DNA from: Octopus bimaculoides
Taxonomy: Eukaryota
DNA length: 50,358 nucleotides
Direction: 5' to 3'
Assembly (NCBI RefSeq): GCF_001194135.2
Contig: NC_068981.1
Location: 151,839,006-151,889,363, forward strand
Shown piece by piece: positions 1 to 11,183 of this stretch. The notes beneath the pieces were generated by a model. That model saw only the letters and a list, made by a program, of their open reading frames with translations. It searched no databases and was not told where the DNA came from. The position numbers and the translations under genes are program-made. Each line of letters opens with the position of its first letter. Positions within the stretch are counted from its first letter, which is position 1.

Positions 1-204
1 GAAAGCCAGGTACAGAGGTTTATCCTTAGCTAGGTATTTCTCCTGCAACTGTCTCACTAGAAATAAGGCATCAGTAGTGCTTTTACCTGGCACGAACCCA
101 AACTGCATCTCATCTAAATTGATTCGCTCCCTAATTAGTTGGGCTATGACCCTCTCTGTAACTTTCATAACCTGATCTAACAGCTTGATGCCTCTGTAAT
201 TATT
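1..204 (-). mobile_element. RTE-clade LINE reverse transcriptase fragment, 5'-truncated, continues beyond window start
   Basis: Minus strand 201->1 translates without a stop to 67 codons: NYRGIKLLDQVMKVTERVIAQLIRERINLDEMQFGFVPGKSTTDALFLVRQLQEKYLAKDKPLYLAF. NYRGI, QFGF..GKST.DA and QEK are classic non-LTR RT N-terminal motifs. Not in the ORF track. Confidence 0.9.
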
Positions 205-238
205 TGTGAATATATTATATATTTGTGAATATATTATA
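201..238. repeat. Exact 19-bp tandem duplication (tatttgtgaatatattata x2) at the LINE 5' junction
   Basis: 201-219 is identical to 220-238; a partial third copy follows. Confidence 0.9.
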
Positions 239-997
239 TTTGTAAATTTTGATTCTACTTTTAAGGTCACTGTAGATGTGATTCTGAAATATCTTCTTTA
301 TTACAACTGGACAGCAAACAATTTTGGTAAACAGTCTCTTTTGGTACATGTATACAAATAAAGTTAAATAGAAAGTGAAATCTTTGTGAGACTGAAACCA
401 ACTCTAGCAGATTCTTTTGACACCCACTTATTTCAAAAGAATGTATTTTTTCTTTTAAAAATTTGAAACCATATTTATACAATCCATTAACTGTTGGCAT
501 TAAATGGCATTGTCAATGTTATGATTATTGTTTTCATTTATTTATTTATTTATTTATTTATAGTTATCAATAATAAATGAGTTATTTGTATGTAGAGTTG
601 TGTTGCCATGTCTTCCTTGAAAAATCAGCTAGTGTTTGTTGTGTGTTGTGTTATTTTTAATTACTATTAGCTGTCATTCATTTCCACATTCAACTGACAA
701 TTTTTTTTAAACATTAGACTGGCTTAATTAATTTTCTAAAGCAACAATGGTCTGGCAATGTTCTTACATTTATATTGTACCAATAGAAACACTGAATTCT
801 TACAAATGCAGACTAAAGGCAGAAGCAAACACCCACATAAACTGACACTATTGAAACCTTTACAGTTTTTACACCATTACACAAACACACAAACACACAC
901 ACACACACAAATATATTACAATGGTGTCATGTTTTAATATATATATAACCATATAGGCTTGCAGCCACTAATATTATCTCTTATGAGTAATAATGTT

Positions 998-1000
<3 letters not shown>

Positions 1001-1032
<32 letters not shown>
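1001..1032. repeat. (TA)n microsatellite
   Basis: Directly visible. Confidence 0.95.
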
Positions 1033-1035
<3 letters not shown>

Positions 1036-2084
1036 GCAGTGGGAACACCTTGAATGAGGAGAGGAAAGACTAACAAGTTGAAGAAATTGATCCATTGTCT
1101 TACTGGTATTTATTTTATTAGCCTGATGGGGTAAAAAATGGGATTCAAGCCCAGAAAGTGAAGCTTTCTGAACTAGATACCATAAGGTATTTAATTTGAC
1201 ACAACAGTATTTGCCACTTTTCCCACTCTTGCATATAATATAAACAAAGTTAATTGACAGGCCACACATAATGTGTAGAGAACTAATTCCTTTCATTATC
1301 TTATTCTGTTCTTCTTACATAATGCCAACAAAACAACCTCTACACAGCTGCTCTAAAGGCTAAAAATAGCAGCATAATACCCTCAAATTACACTGCACTT
1401 AGAAAAGGAAACATTAGATAATGTAGCTTATCTTACATACAAATATGAGATAGTCATGGCTGGAGTACTTTTGATCATAGTTTTGCTTAAACACTGACTG
1501 GGTAGAAAATAATGACATCATTTTCTTTACATAACAACATAACAATAATATAAACTTTCTGGTATGAATTAGACATAGATCATTTGGCAAAACTATTATT
1601 CATAGCTGGAAGAACTTTCTAGGAGAAATTAATGTCATTAAGTTGTCAAGGTGTATGTTTATTATTTCTCTGCTGTCAGAGAAGTTGTCATATGAAAGTC
1701 ATGAATTGGTAGTTTCCTCCAGATTATTTATATGTTCACAGGAACAACACTTCTCACACCTTAATAAAATAAGAACAAGTCAAAGTACTGTCAATAAACA
1801 GTGACAAATAAGTCACTAAATAGGGTATGTATCTCGAAAAGACACTGGCCATAACTTTCTTGTCAATATAAAATATATGCCTCTAAAAATTAATCATCAA
1901 TCAAAATTTTTGCTTATGTAATCATAAACACATGCATGACTATGTGGCTAAAAGGTTTACAGTTCAATCACATGGCACCAAGTTTGATCAAATAATGTAG
2001 TTTTTTTAGCAAGTGTCTGTCTTCTACTAGAACCTCAGATTGACCAGTACATAATATGTTCTGTGTGTGATTTTGCCAACAGAA

Positions 2085-2248
2085 ACTGGTGCAGGCATGG
2101 CTATGTAGTTAAAAAGTTTGTTTTCCAGACACTCAGAATGGTGTTCAATTCCATTACATGACACGTTGGGTAAGTATCTTCTACTATAGCTCCAAGCATA
2201 TCAAAGACTTGTGAGTGAATTTGGCAGATGAAACTAAAAGAAGCTAGT

Positions 2249-2250
<2 letters not shown>
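2085..2250 (+). mobile_element. tRNA-derived SINE head (family with cttgggcaagtgtcttctactatagc core), degenerate
   Basis: Similar to copies at 23490-23670 and 49225-49385: A/B-box-like head, then gtgagtgaatttggcagatgaaactaaaagaagc, then a GT microsatellite. Confidence 0.65.
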
Positions 2251-2288
<38 letters not shown>

Positions 2289-2289
2289 T

Positions 2290-2322
<33 letters not shown>

Positions 2323-2369
2323 TGAGTGTGTGTGTGTGTCTGAGTGTGTGTGTCTGAGTGTGTGTGTCT

Positions 2370-2400
<31 letters not shown>
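2250..2400. repeat. Compound (GT)n / gtgtctga microsatellite
   Basis: Directly visible; source of the HT/CV pseudo-ORFs. Confidence 0.95.
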
Positions 2401-2986
2401 CACCTCATGTGACAGTGGTAAACAAGTGTCACCCTCATACAAGTGGTGTTGTTCATTTCCAATTTTCCAGGGAATCATTTCCACTCATGAGAGAAAATAC
2501 CTTGGAAACAAGTAATGTAGGTCACAAGAAAGATATTTGGGTGTAGAAAATCTACAATGATGATGATGATGAAACTTATATCAATAACCTAGCATACAAA
2601 ATTAGGTTTCAATAGGAAAGTCATGATGAATATTTAAGTATACATATGTTGGTAATTTTAAAATCCATTAGTCAAATAATCTTAATTACAGAATATTTTT
2701 TATAATCTGAAACGTAATTTTCAAATAAATATTTTTAGTTTTCTCTACAAAAGTATCAGCAAACTTTTATTTTAAACATACCAGCAAGGAACATACTGCT
2801 TGACCATATAACATGCTGGAGATAACCAAGCCTTCTCCAAATTATATTCTAGCATTTTAAAAAGAGAAACAGTTAATGAAGTCCCAGATGCTCCTAAAAA
2901 AAACAGGATGGTCATAACTGGAACACCTTTGATCATACTTCTGCTGGATCAGAGCTAGACTGGAACTACAACAGTAGCAGCAATAA

Positions 2987-3826
2987 CGGATCTTTATGGT
3001 TTGACGGCCAACACTTGTTTTCTTAACGAAACACTTTCAAACTTGGGATACTGGTAGAATGTGTCATATAAAACATCTTTTTCTCTTAGCCTTCTTAACA
3101 AAAATTACTTCTTAATAAGTTATTTCATGTTAAAGTTGTCGTATTTTTGTAATTTCAACCAATCACTGACGTCTATTCAGCTGAATACAGTTAGTGCTGT
3201 TCGGTGTCAAGTGTGTTATTCCCTGTTTAATTATATCATTATTCCCTAGTAAGGGTTTAGGGTTTTAGGGTTAGGGTTCGGGTTTTAGAGTTAGGGTTAG
3301 GGTTTTAGGGTTAGGGTTAGGGTTATGGTTATGAGTTATAGGGTTAAGGTTANNNNNNNNNNNNNNNNNNNNNNNNNNNNNNNNNNNNNNNNNNNNNNNN
3401 NNNNNATCCTAAAACTAACCCTAACTCTAAAACCCGAACCCTTACCCTAAAACCCTAAAGCTAAAACCAGTACAAACGTACGAACGATGTCATAAATAAC
3501 AGTGACAAACGAAATATATACTGCTGATAGTTGTTGTTGACAACGGATAGTTTTTGTTGACAAACAACGGCACTAATTTTATTCAAGAGAAAAGATCCCC
3601 TGACACCGTTGTTTACATTCCACGGCGTAATTGTTTTCACCTCAATAGACGTCAGTGATTGGTTGAAATTACCGAAATACGACAATTTTTTACATGAAAT
3701 AACTTCGACTATAAAATTTTTTATCTGTTCTATAACACAAAATATACAAGTATTCGAAGTTTGAAAGTGTTTCGGTACCAAAAACACTACATAAAAAAAT
3801 GTTGGCCGTCAAACCATAAGGATCCG
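2987..3826. mobile_element. Non-autonomous foldback/MITE-like DNA element with 27-bp TIRs, subterminal inverted blocks and internal telomere-like arrays
   Basis: Left TIR cggatctttatggtttgacggccaaca (2987-3013) matches the reverse complement of 3800-3826 at 26/27. caataa lies on both flanks (2981-2986, 3827-3832). Further inverted blocks: 3027-3052/3749-3774 and 3117-3177/3644-3705. Confidence 0.85.
3250..3468. repeat. Head-to-head degenerate (TTAGGG)n [3250-3352] and (CCCTAA)n [3408-3468] arrays around an N gap (3353-3405)
   Basis: Variant units ttttaggg, ttcggg and ttagag occur in mirror order on the two arms. Confidence 0.9.
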
Positions 3827-3879
3827 CAATAACAACAAAACAAATAATTTTAACTTCTATTGAACTAAAAATAACTTAC

Positions 3880-4161
3880 CTGACACTTCTATCTCAGCCA
3901 TTGTAAATGTTTTCCCTCCTTCATTTTCAGCAAAGCATTCATAAGTACCAGCATCATTGATGTTAGCATCATCAAAGACTAAACTCCATTGACCAGGTGA
4001 CTCATACTGGACATGCACTTTAGATGTTTCTATCAGAGGTTGTCTGTTCTTACTCCAATATACACATGGATATGGAATTCCATCAATGTGACAATTTAAT
4101 GAACCACAGCTGCCACTTACTAAAAAGATGTCTTGGAGTGGTTTTGTAATTGTTGGTGGTT
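3880..4161 (-). CDS. Exon 9 in window (282 nt, phase 1-1): I-set Ig domain of titin/obscurin(UNC-89)-type giant protein
   Basis: Acceptor ttttatctctttattag|AA, donor G|gtaagt. (E)PPTITKPLQD...LNCHIDGIPYPCVYWSKN...DAGTYECFAENEGG...EIEVS has the canonical I-set C, W and D.G.Y.C residues. Confidence 0.95.
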
Positions 4162-5143
4162 CTAATAAAGAGATAAAATTAACAAAACTAAGAATGAATA
4201 GAAACATTAATGAAGAAATACATTTCCTATTAGGAAATATACTTCAGGAAATAATCATCAAATTTCTATTTAACTAAATTTTTAATAACTGTAATTATTT
4301 ATTTTATATCACAATTGGTGAACAATAGTATTGCTGATCACAGGTTTCCAATGAACCAATCACTGGTTCATTGTATGCCTGACAGTGTGACAAGATATAC
4401 CTGCAGTATTTTGTATAACAGCTATCAGAGGAAACTTTGCTCATGCAATGCTCATTGTTTGGTTTGCTAACTGATGCTTATATCTGTTGCCAATAATGCA
4501 CATGTGTGTGTGTAGTGGGGTGCCTCTCTGTCTTGAAATCATGTGTCAGATGTAAAAGTGTGATGCCAACAGTCAGAGTCGTTCATCACCCACCTCCCAT
4601 GAAAACAAGTCTGGTCATGAGAAAATATCACTTTTCTGAGAAACAAGTGAAGGCTGGCAACAGGAAGTGCATCCAGCCATAGAAAAATCTGTCTCAGAAA
4701 ATTCTGTTTGACTCATGCAAGCATGGAAAAGGGAACATCAAAATGATGCCGACATATATATGATGGACTTCTGCACAGTTTCCATCTACCAAACCCTCTT
4801 CACACTATATTGATCAACCCAAGGCTACAATGACAGACATTGGCCCAAAGTGTTGCCCAGTAGGACTGAACTCACAACATCATTGTTGCGAGGCAAACTT
4901 CTAAAAAAACAGTTATCTTCATGATGCTTGTTAATGCAGCTCAAAATAAAAGTAGAATTGACTTATAACTTCCTTTCTATCATTTTATTTTATTTTAAAA
5001 TAAATCTTAACTATTTTCTAGTGTAGAAAATTTGTGGTAAATATTTGAAACATGCATATACCACTCTCTTTACATTTGTTTTATTTTATGCATGGAAATT
5101 CAATATAAAATGACAATAATAATGTGTGCTATAAAGTATACTA

Positions 5144-5307
5144 CCATCATCATCATCATCGTTTAACGTCCGCCTTCCATGCTAGCATGGGTTGGACGAT
5201 TTGACTGAGGACTGGTGAAACCGGATGGCAACACCAGGCTCCAATCTAATTTGGCAGAGTTTCTACAGCTGGATGCCCTTCCTAACGCCAACCACTCAGA
5301 GAGTGTA
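5144..5307 (-). mobile_element. 5'-truncated SINE/LINE 3' end with (GAT)n tail and 11-bp TSD
   Basis: aaagtatacta at 5133-5143 and 5308-5318. The body matches the 3' end of the element at 33100-33265 (ccatgctagcatgg...gttaaacgatgatg). Confidence 0.85.
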
Positions 5308-5593
5308 AAAGTATACTATAGAGTATTAAAAATTATTATTGTACGTATACAGCCTCCTTGATATTACTGTAAAATAAAGCAAAAGTAAAAAAGGCAAACA
5401 TTTGTTTTCAATGAACATTATTACTCTTCCATGAAGTGGTTTATACAATTTCAACATGCAATCTCAGTTTAAGTCATTTGCCAAATAAGTACAACTCTGA
5501 AATTTTTGTAATGCAACTTCTGGTAAATGTAGTTTGGTATCACATTCAAAACTCAAGAAACAATATTAATAGTTTATGTATTATTAGGCATAC

Positions 5594-5881
5594 CTGCTAA
5601 GTGTAGAGTAACTGTCTGGCAGGCAAAGCCTACTTCATTTTCAACATAGCACTTGTAATCACCACAATCTTCCCATGACATGTTTGGAAATTCCAATGTT
5701 ACAGTTCCATCTACCTTAACAGAAGATGAGTATCGGTCACCATGTTCAATCTTGTTATCCTTAAAATACCAAGAAGCTTTAGGAGCTGGATATGATTGTA
5801 TTTTCAACTCAATCTTTCCATTACTACATTCTGTTGCATACTGAGGGACTCCTTCTGGAGTAAGGAATTCTGGAGTTTGTG
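5594..5881 (-). CDS. Exon 8 (288 nt, phase 1-1): I-set Ig domain
   Basis: Acceptor ttttacatttccag|CA, donor G|gtatgc. (P)QTPEFLTPEGVPQYATECSNGKIELKIQSYPAPKASWYFKD...DCGDYKCYVENEVGFACQTVTLHLA. The B-strand Cys is replaced, which is common in intracellular I-set domains. Confidence 0.95.
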
Positions 5882-6038
5882 CTGGAAATGTAAAACAATG
5901 ACAATATAATAAGCAAATAAAGTCAAACTAAAAGCAGAAAAATCTAAGTAACTTTGAGTTAACAGCTAATCTTCAGGAAAATATCAGAAGTATATCATTG
6001 CATGGAAAGCAGAATTTATTATTCTTAAAACAAATATT

Positions 6039-6074
<36 letters not shown>

Positions 6075-6197
6075 TATTTGCAACTTCGTTAAATTGCTAC
6101 ACATTGTATTGCATTGAAACAAATATAGTTCCCATGAGCAATGGAATAACATGGAAAATGTATTTCGCACTATGATAAGAAAAGTGTTGTTACTTAC

Positions 6198-6311
6198 GGG
6201 TTTTGAATTCCGAATCGAAAAAGGAACTAGCATCATCTGGAGAGAGTAGATCTGGACTCATTAAAATGGAACTTTCAGTTGAAAGCTGCCTTTGCAGTTG
6301 TTTCAAATAAT
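6198..6311 (-). CDS. Exon 7 (114 nt, phase 1-1): Ser/acidic low-complexity linker
   Basis: Acceptor ttttctctctttttag|AT, donor C|gtaagt. (D)YLKQLQRQLSTESSILMSPDLLSPDDASSFFDSEFKT is open and in phase with both neighbours. Not in the ORF track. Confidence 0.88.
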
Positions 6312-6883
6312 CTAAAAAGAGAGAAAATTAATTCAAGTCTTCTTAATACCATCCTATCTTAGATGCCTCAACGAAAATGTTCATATTTAAAGAAAATCTT
6401 AATCAAAATCTCATAGCATAGTGAAATTTCATGTTTAACACCAACATGATATCTACCAACATATAAAGATACACATATTTTAGTAAATCTTTCAAAATAT
6501 CTTACTAATGCTGAAAATTAATTGTAACACATTATCTGTTTCTTAGAAATATAGTCACAAAAATACTATTCAATTGAGACTCATTTTATGGATGTGTAAT
6601 TTTTAGATCTAAAACTACATCTGTGTTTTAACTTGTTCTACCTTCCATGAATATGAAGAGGTGAATGCAAGTGGGATACATCAACCATCCAGCGAGCAGA
6701 AGAATAGACCTTCAATAAGGAAAGAATATGTTAGACCTTGGAAGACTTTTGACCATGTCTACTCAAGCCAGTTAACCTGGAGATAAACAGCAACGATTTC
6801 TATTTGGGATCTACAATACAAGTTCTATTCTTTGATAATTTTTACCATATAGTTTGTATTTGATAATATATTTTGCCGTCGTT

Positions 6884-6947
<64 letters not shown>

Positions 6948-7140
6948 ATTTACATCTACTTTCCAAGCTGGCACTGGTTGGACAGGTCAATATGATTTTC
7001 ATTCAGAGTTGCTGCTCTGATAGATAAGTCAAAGGACTATGTCTTGCTCTTATTCTGTTTTAAGTATGAATTCTACAGCTGTATGCCTTTCCTAACACTA
7101 ATCACTTTACATAGTGTACTGGGTGTATTTTGTCAGGATA
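6884..7140 (-). mobile_element. Degenerate SINE 3' end of the (GAT)n-tail family with long (CAT)n tract
   Basis: (CAT)n at 6884-6946, then tttccaagctggcactggttggac...ttctacagctgtatgcctttcctaacac, similar to 5144-5307. Confidence 0.65.
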
Positions 7141-9469
7141 CCAGAGAAGTGCCATGTCCTCAACAGGACAAGACTGAAAATTCTCTTGATCATATGATGG
7201 CTCCTTTTATTTGTTAAATCAGTGAATGAAGTACTATTTGTTATTTTGTAGCATTAGTACTAATGAAGTTATGTACCCAAGTGATAAAAGAGACCTTTTC
7301 ATTCATTCAAGACATAAAGCCAACAGAAAACGTTGATCACAGAATATGGAGTAAAGTGAGATGGATAACCTATAATTGACTCTTTCTTCAGTGTAACAAA
7401 ACCAATGAACATATCCACATTGCTCTCTTACTGCTGAATAAAGTTCTTTCTTATATTTCTTATATTTCAGTTTTAGTTTCTTGTTCACCAATTTTTGTTA
7501 CATCGGTCTTGTTTATCCCGCCATCTTATTATTGTTCACAGTTTCTTTTCTGTGACCTTTCAGAATCAACATTTAATATTAATGATCTTATAAAGATAAT
7601 AACATCATGCAATTTTGTTTGTTTTTGCTGTATTGTTGCTTGGTCTTCTACATTCTTATAAGCATAATACATATTCATGAGAATATCAAGCTATTCTTAA
7701 CTTGCTTCTATTTTTCTCTGCTCCTCAAGAGACAAGCTCCAAAATAACTTCCAGAAAGGAAAAAACAATAATTCCTCTTCAAAAGTAAACCAGTCAGGAT
7801 CAAGAGCATAATTTCTCATCTTCATGTTGACCTTGACACCTGACTACCAGCATCAAATACAAAATGACAACATTACAACTTTGAATAGCAATTTAATAAA
7901 AACACCTATAAAGTATTTCATGAAATATTGAGTTTGATGAAGAGGCAAAAAACATTTCACAATCAATTCAGCTAGTCGAGATATGAAAAGCAGGTCATAA
8001 TAAACAGATAAGAAGAAAATGACAAAAACGAATTCAAGAAAAAAATCATATTAACATTTCATATTGAAAAAATTGAAATCTACTAAAAAGAAAATAAAGA
8101 AATGAAAATTCCAAATGACTACAATACAACAGAGTCACAGAAAACAGAAATAGAATGGTAGAAAGATTAGAGGACTACCAAAAACTAGGTTTCAATGACA
8201 GGAATATCAATGACCCTACAAAAGATGATAACATTGAATTTATAATGGCTACAAGTTCTAAAAATTACATTATATGAATGAGAACATACAATCAAGAGAA
8301 GTAAAGCCCCAGGACAATATAACAGGAGAAGTTATATTAAAGTTACTTTCTAAACTCTTCATTGAATACTGAATGAAAACCAAAATCCTTAAAAGTTGGT
8401 AGAATATAATAAGCACTTTATTGCACATAAAGGCAGATAGAAAAGGCTTATATAGCTAGAAGTCTTCTGAGCACCATATACGAAATATTCACAAAGCTCA
8501 ATATAGAGTATTAGAGACAAGTATAGATGGAAATATGACACATATATAGAAGGACAGCTGTACAAAAAAGTAAGATACACTGAAAGTAAATAGAACTTGG
8601 GGAAAGCAGGGACCAGGTGAGCCACGGAACAAAATAACGAAAACTGATTTGAAGATGGTGTATCGCACAAAAGAGACGACAAAGACATCATTAACAATGG
8701 GGACACAGTGCAGGCGAAAATCAGTGCATCTGAGGAAGTGGATATCTCCTACCCATTGTACCATGCCTCCAGTGTAGCTAGGGATATTACTGGACCTTTC
8801 TGACCCTCTCTCATTCTTATCATCCTACCTTTATCAGCTATATGAAAATCACTTTAGATCTGCATGTACTCTACATGCTTTACCATTCTCCTTTTATACT
8901 CCTTCACAACCCACCCATCCTAGGGTCACTTGTTAATAACATTCATCATTCATCCTTCAGTCCAAGCATTTAACCTCTTCTATTACTATCAATCAGCTTC
9001 TCATCCCATCACTTCACTTAATCAGTTTCTATCTTCTTACTCCAATTACTCTGTTTCTACCATTACACTTTTGCCCCTTTCACCCACCCATCATGCTATT
9101 TCTCTGTCATTGCTCTCTTCTGCTAGCTCCCTAAGTCATGTAGCTTTAGATAAATAAACTTGATAGAATGGTGAAAGATTCTCTATTCTTATGAGTATCA
9201 CTTGAAGGTCTACTCTGACACCTCATCAACCACTATTTTATCACTTTCTAGCTTCACCCCTGTCACTCCCACCTTCTCTTGTATTATGCGAATGACTATG
9301 TAGATCCTCTACAGCCAGAAACTGGTTCTGTTCTGCCTCTTTCTTTCATACTTTAACCCCTCATCTAGCAGCATGGTGCCACCTTCCTCTCTACTGTAGC
9401 CCCAGCCAGTTAAAGATAATCATGGCCTGATGTTGCATAGCAATCTCACTAGTACTGATGCCATGAATA

Positions 9470-9640
9470 AAAGCACCTGATACATGTTGTAAAGGTGTTA
9501 GCATTAGGAAGGGTATCTAGCTGCAAAAGTCATGCCAAAGTAAACACTGGAACATAATGCAGTCCTGGGACCCATCAAATCCTGTCAAACTGCCCTACAC
9601 ATGCTATCCTGGAGCATAGGTGTTAAATGATGATGACTTA
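9470..9640 (+). mobile_element. Degenerate SINE 3' end, (GAT)n-tail family
   Basis: ttagcattaggaagggtatctagctg...gtgttaaatgatgatga, same motifs as 33100-33265. Confidence 0.6.
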
Positions 9641-10992
9641 TGTGTACATGTATGAATGTATGAGAGTGTGTGTATGTGTGATTGTGTGTATGTATGTATG
9701 TATGTATGTATGTATGTATGTATGTGTGTATGTATGTATGTACGTATGTATGTATATATGTGTGCATGTATGTATGTGCATGGTTGTATATGCATGCATG
9801 TGTATGGAATACGAACAAAATATACAGAAGATATAATTATATCAACACTATCCTTTGCATTATCTCTAACACCATGACCATCCTCGTTATCACATTACTA
9901 CCATCAACACTTCCACCACTACTACTATAACTACCACCACCAACACAACCACTAATGCCATTACATTTTCTAAAAATACAAACTTTATTATAATCCTCTT
10001 TCAAATGCCAGAATGTTCATCCTGGGTGGTATGAATATCCAGGAAAACCTTCCTCCATTTTAACGATTATTGTTTAATCCTTAGAACACAGGTTTAACTA
10101 CTTCATTCCAGTATTTGAGAGCATCTAGCACTGATCACTCTGCAAGGATTTGATAGAGTTCTTAGAGTAACAAGTGAAATACTTTGTAGTATGTATTCTG
10201 AGTTCAAGTCAAGTATTATATCTTAAACTTTGCCTTTCCTCCTTTAAAGGCTGATAAATAAAGTACCAGTTTAAGGTGATGGTTTTATAGAAACAGTAGA
10301 GCATCAGATGGGATGTCATGCAGCATTTATCCCAGCTCTTTATATTCTGAGTTCAAAACCTGTTGCTATCTATTTAGGGGTAGACTTAATCTAATACTTG
10401 GTTTAACACTGCAGCTTGGTCCTTAGGTCCTATAGCAGAGCTCACTGTGTTACCAGTGTTTAGACCAGGTATTCAGTTTAAGGATTCTTTTCCATCATCT
10501 CAGAGGCCCTTTGAAGAGCAATGGCCATGACCCTTCACTAAGATAAAAAAGAAAAATACTGAAATACACCAGTGTTAAGTTCTCTTAGCTTGACTGTGAA
10601 GTAGCATATGCTACAGCAACTTTTCTTTCAACTATGCAGCATTATATATTCATACAAATATCATTTCTTTGAAACAACTTCTGCATGCATTGTGTTGTTT
10701 TCTTAGGTAATTTGCACACAGCTTGCCAGTGAAGTTTTAACTGCATATCATTTAGGTTACATTCAACTCTTTTTTTCTCAATTAATTTTCTGTTTATCTC
10801 ATACAGCTTTCATTACTACATACTACCACATTCCTTTAATATGTGTCATCATGTGTCATCATGTGTCATATAAACTATCCAGTCAACAAAAAAGGGAATT
10901 CCTTTGGTACCAACATAGGCATCAATTCCTTTCATATCTATGTGCTACACATACCACAGTACAATTCCTATATTTAACCAGTCAAACAAACA

Positions 10993-11051
10993 CAATAATA
11001 ATAATGATGAAAATAACAGCAACAACAACAACAACAACAACAACAATAATG

Positions 11052-11139
<88 letters not shown>

Positions 11140-11183
11140 CAACAACAGCAGCAACAATAGTAATAATCATAATGATAATAATA
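10993..11183. repeat. Long compound (AAT)n/(AAC)n trinucleotide microsatellite
   Basis: Directly visible; source of the poly-N/I/L/Y pseudo-ORFs. Confidence 0.95.

Noticed and set aside
267-500. 77-aa ORF or a further exon of the gene
   Set aside because: No domain motif. The possible acceptor at about 308 (gctgtccag) leads to a stop after 23 codons with no good donor.
3250-3468. Ancestral telomere-telomere fusion site
   Set aside because: The head-to-head arrays are short, degenerate, mirror-symmetric and enclosed by TIRs and a candidate TSD inside an intron, so a mobile element explains them better.
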